Of a stretch of DNA of 50,980 bases, positions 11,844 through 21,900 are shown piece after piece; positions within the stretch are counted from its first letter, which is position 1; every line of letters begins with the position of its first letter. A model generated the notes under the pieces. The model searched no databases. It saw nothing but the letters and a program-made list of their open reading frames with translations, and was not told where the DNA came from. The stretch is from Microbacteriaceae bacterium. Lineage in GTDB: Bacteria; Actinomycetota; Actinomycetes; Actinomycetales; Microbacteriaceae. The stretch is taken from NCBI GenBank assembly GCA_030523945.1, contig JAUNHM010000001.1:1-50980 (forward strand), written 5' to 3'. The position numbers were made by a program, and so were the translations under genes.

Positions 11844-11864
11844 TATATATATATATATATATAT
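11844..11864. repeat. (TA)10T dinucleotide microsatellite upstream of murT
   Basis: cc-tatatatatatatatatatat-tacc read directly from the sequence. Confidence 0.95.
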
Positions 11865-12025
11865 TACCTGAGTAATCTGAGAACATTCCCTAAGCGGCAG
11901 CTAAAAGTATTAATTGGTTGAAATTTTGGTTGGTGTTTTTTGTGGCGGAGTTATATATTCTATTAGTTGGATTTAGGGGAGCAAGCATATAGCAAGTACA
12001 CAGGCGGGCGGGGTAAAATAGAAGA

Positions 12026-12634
12026 GTGCTAGATATAGTTGTGCTAATTTCCGGGTCCGGCAGCAACCTGAAATCGCTGCTCGAACTTGCTCAAAAACCG
12101 GGCGCTGCCTACCGGGTGGTTGCCGTCGGCGCAGACTGCGACGCGCCAGGCCTGCAGCACGCCACCGATCACGGCGTGCCATATTTCGTGGTAAAGCCGG
12201 GCGACTATGCTGGTCGTGCCGAGTGGGGCGCAGCGTTTGCGGCAGAAATCAAAAAATACGGGGTGGACGCAGCAAACGGTCTGGTCGTATCTGCCGGACT
12301 AATGCGCATCTTGCCGCCAGAATTTATCGGCGAATTTAGCCCGCGGCTCATCAATACCCATCCGGCCCTGCTGCCGCTGTTTCCGGGTGCCCACGCGGTG
12401 CGCGACGCGCTCGCGGCAGGAGCTAAAGAAACCGGCATCACCGTCCATATTATTGACGAGGGTGTGGACACAGGTCCCGTCATTCGCCAAGCAAGCGTTG
12501 CCGTAGAGTCGGGAGATACAGAAGCCGTCCTTCACGAACGCATCAAAGAACGCGAACGAGTGCTGCTGCCTGAGATAATCACCGACATCGCAACCGGGCA
12601 AATCAACCTGTCCGAAATTGTGACCGGGTCTTAA
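12026..12634 (+). CDS. purN: Phosphoribosylglycinamide formyltransferase
   Basis: VLISGSGSNL, INTHPALLPLFPG and DEGVDTGP motifs. Confidence 0.97.
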   Translation: MLDIVVLISGSGSNLKSLLELAQKPGAAYRVVAVGADCDAPGLQHATDHGVPYFVVKPGDYAGRAEWGAAFAAEIKKYGVDAANGLVVSAGLMRILPPEFIGEFSPRLINTHPALLPLFPGAHAVRDALAAGAKETGITVHIIDEGVDTGPVIRQASVAVESGDTEAVLHERIKERERVLLPEIITDIATGQINLSEIVTGS

Positions 12635-12808
12635 CCCGCCCGCCACTAAACTAAAAATAACTATACATAATGCAAAAGAGACTTTTTACAAAACACAAAA
12701 TTGCGTAAATACAGCGCAAATAGCCCGTTTTGAAGTAAAAACAAAACCTACTATATAGATAAATAAACCCAGCAAAATTAGCAAAAAATATACTAAACAG
12801 GAGAAAAA

Positions 12809-14482
12809 ATGGCAGTAGCCAGCCACGACCCAAAACTTTACCAACACCGCGACCAAATCGAAATTAAACGCGCGCTCATCTCGGTCAGCGACAAAACCGG
12901 GCTGCTCGAACTGGCAAGCGCCCTGGCAGCAGCCGGCGTCGAAATCGTCTCCACCGGCTCCACCGCCGCGCAAATTCGCGACAACGGCATCGCGGTAAAA
13001 GACGTTTCCGAAGTGACCGGCTTTGCCGAAGCGCTCGACGGGCGCGTCAAAACCCTGCACCCGGCAATCCACTCCGGCTTGCTAGCTGACCTGCGCCTCG
13101 AAGACCACCAGCAGCAAATGGCGAGCCTCGGATATGCCGGATTTGAACTCGTCGTCGTCAATCTTTACCCGTTTGAACAGACCGTTGCAGCAGGAAAACC
13201 GGCCGCAGACGTGATCGAAAACATCGACATCGGCGGGCCGGCAATGGTGCGTGCCAGCGCCAAAAACCACGCCAACGTCGCAATCGTCGTCTCACCAGAG
13301 CGCTACAGTGACATTGTTGCCGCGGTAAACGCCGGCGGCACCACGCTCGACGAGCGCCGCCAGCTGGCCACCGAGGCATTTATCCACACCGCCAACTACG
13401 ACGGGGCAGTGGCAAACTGGCTGCTCGAACAGGAAGAAACCGCCTGGGGCGAGGCTGAAATTGAGGCGACAGACTACGATGCTAGTAGCGAAACCGACAT
13501 GATTTTTGCGCCGGTGGAAAACGCGATCGTCACCTACCAGATCTCTGGCGCGCGCGAACAGGTGCTGCGATACGGCGAAAACAGCCACCAGCGAGCCGCC
13601 CTGTTTACCGACCCGGACGAAAACGGCATCGCACAGGCCGCCCAGTTGCACGGTAAAGAAATGTCTTACAATAACTATGTGGACGCAGACGCGGCAGTGC
13701 GGGCTGCCTACGACCATGCGGCGCCGGCCGTGGCGATCATCAAGCACGCCAATCCTTGCGGCATCGCGGTTGCGCCTGCCGATGAGGCAGACGACGGGGC
13801 TGCAATCGCGGCCGCGCACCAGCTCGCCCACGCCTGCGACTCGCTCTCTGCATTCGGGGGCGTGATCGCGGCAAACCGCGAAGTCGGGGCTGAAATGGCC
13901 GCAAACGTCGCCGAAATCTTTACCGAAGTGCTGGTTGCGCCAGGCTTTACGCCGGAAGCGCTGGCAATTCTGACCAAAAAGAAAAACCTGCGCCTGCTCT
14001 TACTGCCGGCAGGATTTACCCCGCCACAGGCCGAGGTGCGCCAGGTTTCTGGTGGTTTCTTAGTGCAAGAAAGTGACCGCAAATTTAAGCCTGCCAGTGA
14101 GTGGGATCTGGTAGCAGGTAGCGCTGCCGACGAGGCAACCCTGCGCGACCTGGAATTTGCCTGGACTGCTTGCCGGGCGGTGAAATCAAACGCGATTTTG
14201 CTTGCGAACGACGGCGCAAGCGTTGGCGTGGGCATGGGGCAGGTAAACCGGGTAGATTCCGCAAAACTTGCTGTGGCTCGGGCGGGGGAGCGCGCTGCTG
14301 GGTCTGTGGCTGCTAGCGACGCATTCTTCCCGTTTGCAGACGGGCTCGAAGTGCTGCTTGAAGCTGGGGTGCGTGCCGTTGTTGCGCCGGGCGGTTCAGT
14401 GCGCGACGATGAAGTTATTGCGGCGGCAAACGCGGCCGGCATCACCATGTATTTCACCGGCGAACGCCACTTCTTCCACTAA
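12809..14482 (+). CDS. purH: Bifunctional AICAR transformylase/IMP cyclohydrolase
   Basis: [38 protein letters not shown] and ASDAFFPF motifs. Confidence 0.98.
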   Translation: MAVASHDPKLYQHRDQIEIKRALISVSDKTGLLELASALAAAGVEIVSTGSTAAQIRDNGIAVKDVSEVTGFAEALDGRVKTLHPAIHSGLLADLRLEDHQQQMASLGYAGFELVVVNLYPFEQTVAAGKPAADVIENIDIGGPAMVRASAKNHANVAIVVSPERYSDIVAAVNAGGTTLDERRQLATEAFIHTANYDGAVANWLLEQEETAWGEAEIEATDYDASSETDMIFAPVENAIVTYQISGAREQVLRYGENSHQRAALFTDPDENGIAQAAQLHGKEMSYNNYVDADAAVRAAYDHAAPAVAIIKHANPCGIAVAPADEADDGAAIAAAHQLAHACDSLSAFGGVIAANREVGAEMAANVAEIFTEVLVAPGFTPEALAILTKKKNLRLLLLPAGFTPPQAEVRQVSGGFLVQESDRKFKPASEWDLVAGSAADEATLRDLEFAWTACRAVKSNAILLANDGASVGVGMGQVNRVDSAKLAVARAGERAAGSVAASDAFFPFADGLEVLLEAGVRAVVAPGGSVRDDEVIAAANAAGITMYFTGERHFFH

Positions 14483-14506
14483 AAACGCGAGTTTGCTGCT
14501 AGCCGG

Positions 14507-14534
14507 GCTTCGCTAAAGTTAAATTTAGCGAGGC
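14507..14534 (+). terminator. Hairpin after purH
   Basis: GCTTCGCTAAA-gttaaa-TTTAGCGAGGC; weak U-tract. Confidence 0.45.
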
Positions 14535-14668
14535 TGGGTGCGCTTGTTCGCGGTTTCGCGCGTGTGCGGTTGCTCGCTCGCTTGCGATTTCACTTGTGTG
14601 CGGCTGCTTGCTTATGGTTTGTCCTTGATCGCTTTGAGAGCTGGGCATTGCTGGTTACCAGCCCGCAT

Positions 14669-14714
14669 AAAAACACCCCGCGACCTGGGTTTTCTCAGAT
14701 CGCGAGGTGTTTTT
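14669..14714. terminator. Bidirectional intrinsic terminator
   Basis: AAAAACACC.CGCGA...TCGCGAGGTGTTTTT between convergent genes. Confidence 0.75.
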
Positions 14715-14743
14715 GGTTTATGCTGAAAAGCGTGCCGTGTCGG

Positions 14744-15916
14744 TTAATTCACTCGATAGTAAGGTGCATACCCGGTAGATTGCCCACGCCACATTCGGTC
14801 TCGTGAAATATCTTCTGAAGGACTCTTCAGGCTTTCAGGGCCTTTTATCCCAGCAGGACAATAAATAACGAAAAATCCTCCGTATTCATTAGGATTTCGA
14901 GGGACTCCGCCTCCGTTAAAGCAGCCGCCGTCCATTTTGTTGAAGCTATACTTAATTTTCGGATCATTAAAATCCATATTTACCGTCTCGGCTTTAACCG
15001 CGTAGTTGCCATTAAGCATAAAAGAATCCCTGTACCATTTGCCCTGCACATCTTCCCATTTTGGTGCAGGTCGTGGAGCTGTGGTTTGTGCATTGTTCTG
15101 TGCCGTAGTTTTGCCGTCTTTGGTGCGATAGTACGGTGGAGACACCCATGATGTTTGGGTAAACCAGATGCGATCTCGGGTGACGTCAGAATTGTCGATA
15201 TTTTTTTCTGGCGCGTTATCGTCGTATGCATTTAGCGAGGTTTCTCCGGCTGGGCAGTAATAGATCATGCCTGTGCCGCCGGTTCGACTTCCGATAAAGC
15301 AACCGCCGATTTGTTCCTTAATTTTGAAATCGCTGAGGCTGGTTTTTTCTGTTTTTCCTTTGTCGTTCGCCCACTCGCCTTCAATATCTTCCCATTTTGG
15401 AGTGTGCTGGGCTTTCGGGGCCGGGGCAGGCTGACTGGTTTTGTTGACTTTTTGGTCTGTGCCGGTGCGATAGTATGGGCCTTCCATCGCTCTGGTTCTT
15501 GTGTTTGTGACCCAGATGCGATCGCGCGAGGTGTCAGACGCATTGACTCGCCGCTGTTGCGAATCGTCATAGTGGTCAGGGTCTAGAATGGTTTCGCCGA
15601 CCGGGCAGTAGTGCAGTCCTTCATCGGTTTCGGGCTTGGTAATATAGAAGCACCCTTTGACTCGATTATTCGGGGTGTAAGCCTGGCTGCTAAGGTCGAT
15701 GTTTAGGGTTTTGCCGTCTTGCGTGCGCCATTCGCCGGCGATGTCTTGCCACTGCGGCGCGCGTTTTTCACCTGCTGCGCTGTTTTGTCCGTTGGCAACT
15801 ATCAACGCAAGAATCACGTTGGCTGCGAGCACCAACACAATCAGCATGCTCAGAATCATCAACAGCGTCTTGCGCGATTTCGATTCTGCAGAAGTATCGG
15901 AGGTTGGGTGTGACAT
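14744..15916 (-). CDS. N-terminally membrane-anchored extracellular protein with three Cys-pair repeats
   Basis: One TM helix, then 3x W.D..G.W...GC...YCP.G...D...DR.W...PYYR. Confidence 0.85.
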   Translation of the reverse strand: MSHPTSDTSAESKSRKTLLMILSMLIVLVLAANVILALIVANGQNSAAGEKRAPQWQDIAGEWRTQDGKTLNIDLSSQAYTPNNRVKGCFYITKPETDEGLHYCPVGETILDPDHYDDSQQRRVNASDTSRDRIWVTNTRTRAMEGPYYRTGTDQKVNKTSQPAPAPKAQHTPKWEDIEGEWANDKGKTEKTSLSDFKIKEQIGGCFIGSRTGGTGMIYYCPAGETSLNAYDDNAPEKNIDNSDVTRDRIWFTQTSWVSPPYYRTKDGKTTAQNNAQTTAPRPAPKWEDVQGKWYRDSFMLNGNYAVKAETVNMDFNDPKIKYSFNKMDGGCFNGGGVPRNPNEYGGFFVIYCPAGIKGPESLKSPSEDISRDRMWRGQSTGYAPYYRVN

Positions 15917-15936
15917 TACTTAATTATCTTTTCTGT

Positions 15937-17130
15937 TTAGTTGCGATAGAAAGGTGAGTCGCGGACTTGGTGACTTATTAGCAGACGTTCTTTGCTGACG
16001 TCCTCGTTTTCTGCTTGTAGTCGGCTAGGTAGCGGAACACCTGCCGGGCAATACCAGACTGTTGCGCCGCCCGCTCCGCTAGAGGTGCTAATGGTACCTT
16101 GCAAGCAGCCACCGTCGGTTTTGTTGCCATCGTGGAAAACGAATTTAGATTTATCGTGAAAATTAACTTTTAGGGTTGCTCCTGCTTTATGAGACCATGC
16201 TTGACCGCGTGGCAAATGCCAGTTTCCTTCAATATCGGCCCATTTCGGGCCAGAATTTGGGTTATTTGATTTCTGTATTGTAGGCTCTGCGTTTTGCGTG
16301 CTTTTTGGAGCAGTGCCAGCACGATAGTAGGCTTCTTTGAAGTTATTTGATACTGAATACCAGATTCGTTCTTTTCTCCGGTCTGTGCGGATCAGATGGG
16401 TTTTGTCTGTGCCTGGCGCTAGAGAATTAACTAGTTCATCCATTGGTCCAGGTGGGCAATAGTAGATCGCCCCATCTATACCGACAAGTTTGACCCGAAA
16501 GCAGCTTCCAATAGGTTCACCAAATTCTAGATCTTTCAAGCTGACCTTGTTAGTTTTGCCATCAGGTCGTTCCCAGTTTCCTTCAACATTTTCCCATTTA
16601 TAGCTCTTTGGTTCTTCCTTAATAATTCTTGGATCAGGGCTGGTGCGAATATATGGTCCCTCGATTGTGTTGGTGTTTATATTGTGTGTCCATATACGGT
16701 CTTTGGTTTTATCAGATTCGTCAACAGAACGCTGCATTGCGTCGTCATTTTTACTGCGTTTAAAAGTACTTTCTCCAGCTGGGCAGTAGAGCATTGTCAG
16801 GTCGCTGCGGTAAACACCGAGGCCGTAGCATCCGGGTTCGTTGCTTACTGGTGGGGCATATCTTTTCAAATCTAGTTCGACTTTCATCGTGGTGCCGTCT
16901 GCTTTTTTCCATTCGCCTTCGATATCTTCCCACATCGGTGGCCGTTTTGGTTGGTTTACGTCAATACTTGCGACCTCGTTGTTTTGAGTATTGGATACTA
17001 TTAGGAAGATTGCTGCGTTGGTTGCGAGCACGAGCACGATGAGCATGCTTAGAATCGCTAGCAGTGCTTTGCGCGGTTTGGCAGAGGTGTTTTCGGAGGT
17101 GGTGTGTTCGGCTGGCTGGTGTTGCGGCAT
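15937..17130 (-). CDS. Paralogous membrane-anchored three-repeat extracellular protein
   Basis: Shares the TM segment ILSMLIVLVLA and the same three-repeat architecture with 14744..15916. Confidence 0.85.
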   Translation of the reverse strand: MPQHQPAEHTTSENTSAKPRKALLAILSMLIVLVLATNAAIFLIVSNTQNNEVASIDVNQPKRPPMWEDIEGEWKKADGTTMKVELDLKRYAPPVSNEPGCYGLGVYRSDLTMLYCPAGESTFKRSKNDDAMQRSVDESDKTKDRIWTHNINTNTIEGPYIRTSPDPRIIKEEPKSYKWENVEGNWERPDGKTNKVSLKDLEFGEPIGSCFRVKLVGIDGAIYYCPPGPMDELVNSLAPGTDKTHLIRTDRRKERIWYSVSNNFKEAYYRAGTAPKSTQNAEPTIQKSNNPNSGPKWADIEGNWHLPRGQAWSHKAGATLKVNFHDKSKFVFHDGNKTDGGCLQGTISTSSGAGGATVWYCPAGVPLPSRLQAENEDVSKERLLISHQVRDSPFYRN

Positions 17131-17261
17131 TTCCCGTTCCTAAATAAAATGTTTAATTTTATTCTATCGTGTTTGGTCTGGGTTAGGCTGAGTTTATTTG
17201 CCAGATCGCGGTTAGGGTGGGCTTGCTAGAAAATGCCCGGTAAAACGCATAAAATGGAGGT

Positions 17262-17615
17262 ATGGATATTGTTAAAAGTATTGTTGTTGTTTTGCACCTG
17301 CTGTCGTTTGCCGCGCTGTTTGGCGTGACGATCGCCCAGTTTAAGCCGGCTTCGCGCGGTGAGGGTGCGATTTCAAAGGGTATGTTTCACTGCGCAAACG
17401 CGTTGCTGGTCACCGGTATCGCTCTGGTTGGCTTGACTTATGCTGTTGGTGGCGCGCCAAATAACACCAAAATTGCGATTAAGGGTGCGGTTTTGCTCGC
17501 GATTTATGCGGTAATTTTGGTTAATCGCGGTAAGCGTCAGGTTTCTGCGCCGATTTTTGGAGTTATTGCTGCATTGCTCGCGGTTAACGTGACTTTGGCG
17601 GTTATGTGGCACTAG
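17262..17615 (+). CDS. Small 4-TM integral membrane protein
   Basis: 117 aa, hydrophobic; LHLL, L.TG..LVG and KI.IK pattern. Confidence 0.8.
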   Translation: MDIVKSIVVVLHLLSFAALFGVTIAQFKPASRGEGAISKGMFHCANALLVTGIALVGLTYAVGGAPNNTKIAIKGAVLLAIYAVILVNRGKRQVSAPIFGVIAALLAVNVTLAVMWH

Positions 17616-17633
17616 GCGCCTTTTAGCTTAGTT

Positions 17634-17675
17634 AAAAGCGGCGCTGACTTTCTCGGTCGGTGCCGCTTTTGCTTT
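17634..17675 (+). terminator. Intrinsic terminator
   Basis: AAAAGCGGCGCTGAC...GTCGGTGCCGCTTTT. Confidence 0.75.
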
Positions 17676-17836
17676 GTATTTTTGCGGAAGCGGAAGCGGG
17701 TCATGATTTGGGTATTTTGCGATTTTTGGCAGGGTCCTAAAAGCCCCCGTTCCAGGGTATTTCGACCTGTTTCAGTCTGGATTTCTGTTGGATTTCCGGC
17801 TAATAAAGCTCCCGATTTCCGAGGCTAGTTCCGTGT

Positions 17837-18871
17837 TTATTTCCCAGCTTTTGGCTGCTGCTGGGTGATGCAGTGAATGCCGCCACCGCGCGCAAATAGT
17901 GGCCGCGCATCTACGCCCACGATTTTGCGCCCTTGATAAATATCGCCCAAAATGCCCTGTACCCGGTCGTCTGCCCGGCTGTCGCCAAATGCGCAAGCGA
18001 TTACCGCGTCGTTGATCACGAGGTGGTTAATATAGCTGTAGTCGACAAAGTCTTCTTCGTCGCGCAGCTGTTCCGGTGCCGCCAGATCGACAATTTCGAT
18101 TTTTTCGCCCCGCTCCGCAAACCATTTTTCGGCGATCTCCCGGTTGGTTTTGGCGATTTCATGGTCTGGGTGGTTGGCGTTTTCTTGTGCGTGCATCAGC
18201 AGCAGGTCCGGCGTCGCAAATGCTGCCAAAATGTCGCTGTGGCCGCGGGTGCCAAATTCGTCATGGTCGCGGTAGAGGCCGCGTGGCAGCCAGAGTGCGC
18301 TGGTGGTGCCGATGGTGCGCTGCAGTTCTGTCTCGACCTGTTCTTTGGTCCAGCCCGGGTTGCGTCCCGGGTCCAGTTGCACGGTTTCGGTTAGGATCAC
18401 GCGCCCGGTTCCGTCGACTTGGATGCCGCCGCCCTCGTTGGTCATTTCCGAGTTTATCAGGGTCGCACCGGCGGCTTCGGCGACGATGCGGCCGATGTGC
18501 TGGTCGTTTTCCCAGCTGGCCCAGTCTTGTGCTCCCCAGCCGTTAAACACAAAATTTACAGCGCCGAGTTCACCGTTTTCGCCCAGCACAAAACTCGGCC
18601 CGATGTCGCGCATCCAGGCATCGTCGAGGGGAGCCTCAAGCAGATCGATGTCGCCCGCCAGATATTTGCGTGCAATCTGCTGGTCGCCCGGGTTCACCGC
18701 AACAGTCACCGGCTCAAATTCGCTGATCGCGTTGGCCACGGCAGCCCAAGTGCTGCGGGCTTCGTGCGCGTCTGCTTCTGTGTCACCCAGGGTGTAGCCG
18801 CTGGTCGGCCAGGCCATCCAAACCCGGTCTTGCGGGTGCCCCTCTATCGGCATGCGCCACTTCTGTGTCAT
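17837..18871 (-). CDS. aguA: Agmatine deiminase family protein
   Basis: WMAWP, DDAWMRDIGP, FNGWG, EGGG, GH.D and GGGIHCITQQQP motifs. Confidence 0.93.
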   Translation of the reverse strand: MTQKWRMPIEGHPQDRVWMAWPTSGYTLGDTEADAHEARSTWAAVANAISEFEPVTVAVNPGDQQIARKYLAGDIDLLEAPLDDAWMRDIGPSFVLGENGELGAVNFVFNGWGAQDWASWENDQHIGRIVAEAAGATLINSEMTNEGGGIQVDGTGRVILTETVQLDPGRNPGWTKEQVETELQRTIGTTSALWLPRGLYRDHDEFGTRGHSDILAAFATPDLLLMHAQENANHPDHEIAKTNREIAEKWFAERGEKIEIVDLAAPEQLRDEEDFVDYSYINHLVINDAVIACAFGDSRADDRVQGILGDIYQGRKIVGVDARPLFARGGGIHCITQQQPKAGK

Positions 18872-18988
18872 TTTACTTCCTAAAATTATCGATAACGCTT
18901 GCGTAGTTTGCGAGTTTTTGTTTCGTTAAAAAATCGCTCGACGGATTTGCGAAAAGCCGGACAGTTTCCTGCCCGGCTGCTCGCTTTG

Positions 18989-21900
18989 TTACTTGTTTGC
19001 GATATCCAAATCCATTGCTTCGTCGATGATCTGCGCTTGTTCTTTCGCGTGAACTTTAGCAGATCCGGTTGACGGTGAAGCAGATTCAGCACGACAGATC
19101 GCTGCGATGCCGCGCAAAACTTTACTTTCGCTGAACATGCGGCTGAGGTAGCGGCGCGCGCCCTGGTTTTCCGGCTCGTCCTGCACCCAGATCAGCTCAG
19201 CGTCAGGCGAGAACCGGCCGACGGCTTCTTCAATCTTGTCGAGTGCGAGCGGGTAGAACTGCTCGATGCGCACGATTGCGATGCGTTCTTCGCCGCGTTT
19301 TTCTAGTTCGGATTTCAAATCGTAGTAGACTTTGCCGGCGGTGAGCAGCACGCGTTTTACCTTGGCAGGGTCTGCGGTGTGGTCGCCAATCACTGGCTGG
19401 AATTCGCCGCTGGTAAAGTCGGCAATCTCGCTGGTTGCGCCGCGCAGACGGAGCATAGATTTCGGGCTGAACACGATCAGCGGCTTGCGTGGCCTTGCGT
19501 AGGCTTGGCGACGCAGCAGGTGAAAGTAGTTGGCCGGGGTTGATGGCCGGGCGATGATCATGTTGTCTTCTGCACACATTTGCAGGTAGCGCTCGATGCG
19601 GGCAGAGGAGTGGTCTGGCCCTTGACCTTCGTAGCCGTGTGGCAGCAGCATCACGACAGAAGAGTTTTGCCCCCACTTCATTTCGGCGGACGACAGGAAT
19701 TCGTCTACCACGCTCTGCGCGCCGTTTGCGAAGTCACCAAACTGTGCTTCCCAGATCACGAGGGCGTCTTCGCGCTGCAGTGAATAGCCGTATTCGTATG
19801 CGAGTGCGCAGTATTCGCTGAGCAGTGAGTCGTAAATCCAGAAGCGTGCCTGGTCTTCGCTCAGGTTGGTCAGCGGCAGCCACTCTTGGCCGTTTACCCG
19901 GTCGTGGAATACCGCGTGGCGCTGCGCAAAGGTGCCGCGGCGCGCGTCTTGACCGGCGAAACGCACCGGGGTGCCTTCTGCCAGCAGGGTGCCGAGTGCC
20001 AAAATTTCACCGAAGCCCCAGTCGATTTGACCTTCGCGACTCATCTTGTGGCGTTTTTGCAGAATGGTCGATTCGAGCTTGTTGTGGGTGGTGAAGCCGG
20101 CTGGCTTGTTCAAGTGTGCGTCACCGATGAGTTCGATTGCGCTTTTATCGACGGCGGTTTTCACCCGCACTTCCACAGGCTCAGGCTTAGTTTTCCCGAT
20201 AACAGGCATAGACTGGGTTTGCGAGTTGTGGGTTTCCAAAAACGCCTGTTCGAGTTTGTTGTGGAAGCTCGCTTTTGCCTGCTCGTATTCTTCTTCGGTA
20301 ATGTCGCCACGACCCACCAGAGCCTGGGTGTAAAGTTTACGCGTGGAGCGTTTTGCTTCGATCAGGTCGTACATTAGCGGCTGGGTCATTGACGGATCGT
20401 CACCTTCGTTGTGACCGCGACGGCGGTAGCAGATCAGGTCGATGATAACGTCTTTGTGGAACTTCTGGCGGAAACGGTATGCCAGCTGTGCGACGTGCAC
20501 AACTGATTCTGGATCGTCACCGTTTACGTGGAAGATTGGGGTCTGCACGGTCTTTCCGACGTCGGTTGCGTAGGTCGAGCTGCGTGAGTCGACCGGCAGG
20601 GTGGTGAAGCCCACCTGGTTGTTGACGATAATGTGGATGGTACCACCGGTGCGGTAGCCGCGCAGCTGTGACATTTGCAGGTGTTCGTAAACGATGCCCT
20701 GACCGGCAAACGCAGCGTCACCGTGGATCAGGATTGGCACGGTGCTGAATGAGCCGATCGGTTTCAGATCCTGTTTTGCACGCACAATGCCGCTGAGCAC
20801 GCCGTTTACTACTTCGAGGTGGCTTGGGTTTGCGGCCAGGCTCACCGGTACCTGGGTGCCGTTTGGTGCGGTGAAGATACCGTTTGCACCGAGGTGATAT
20901 TTTACGTCACCGGAAGCACCGGCTGCCGACTGTGAACCTTCAAACTCGCGGAAAATCTGGCCGTAGCTCTTGCCGGCAATGTTTGCCAGCACGCTGAGGC
21001 GACCGCGGTGGGCCATACCCATATCGACTGATTCTACACCGTCTTCTGCCGCTTCGATCAGGATCGCGTCGAGCAGTGGAATCAGCGATTCGCCGCCCTC
21101 GAGGCTGAAGCGCTTCTGTCCCACATATTTGGTTTGCAAAAAGGTTTCAAATGCTTCTGCTTCGTTGAGTTTTTCAAGAATTCGCAGCTGCACATCGTGG
21201 CTTGGTTTGGTGTATTTCACCTCAAGTTGTTCGCGCAGCCAGGCGCGCTCTTCAGGATTTTGCATGTGCATGTATTCGATGCCGATTTTGCGGCAGTATG
21301 AGTCACGCAGCACGCCCAAAATGTCGCGTAGTTTCATGGTGGATTTGCCGCCGATGCCGCCGGTTACAAATTCGCGGTCGAGATCCCAGAATGTCAGCCC
21401 GTGGTTTTCAATCTCGAGGTCTGGGTGGCTTTGCTGGCGGTATTCGAGCGGGTCGATGTCGGCCATCAGGTGAGCACGCACGCGGAATGCGTTGATTAGT
21501 TCTTGCACGCGCGCGTTTTTATCTACCATGCCGAGTTTGCCGCTGTGCACGTCTTTTGCCCAGCGTACCGGCTTGTATGGCAGGCGGAGTGCGGCAAAAA
21601 TATCTTCATAGAAGCTGTGCTGGCCGATCAGGCGTTCGTGCACGAGTTTCAAAAATTCGCCGGAGCCTGCGCCTTGGATCACGCGGTGATCATAGGTGCT
21701 GGTCAGGGTCAGGGTCTTGGAAACACCCAGTTCGGCCAGGGTTTCATCGCTCATGCCCTGGTATTGTGCCGGGTAGTCGAGCGCACCCGCACCGATAATA
21801 CAACCCTGCCCCTGCATCAGACGTGGGATCGAGTGCACGGTGCCGATGCCGCCCGGGTTGGTCAGCGTCATGGTTGCGCCCTGGAAGTCTGCCGCGCCCA

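Noticed and set aside
12635-12808. Possible ZTP (pfl) riboswitch upstream of purH
   Set aside because: The region is A-rich with no recognisable GC-rich stems or conserved pfl motifs
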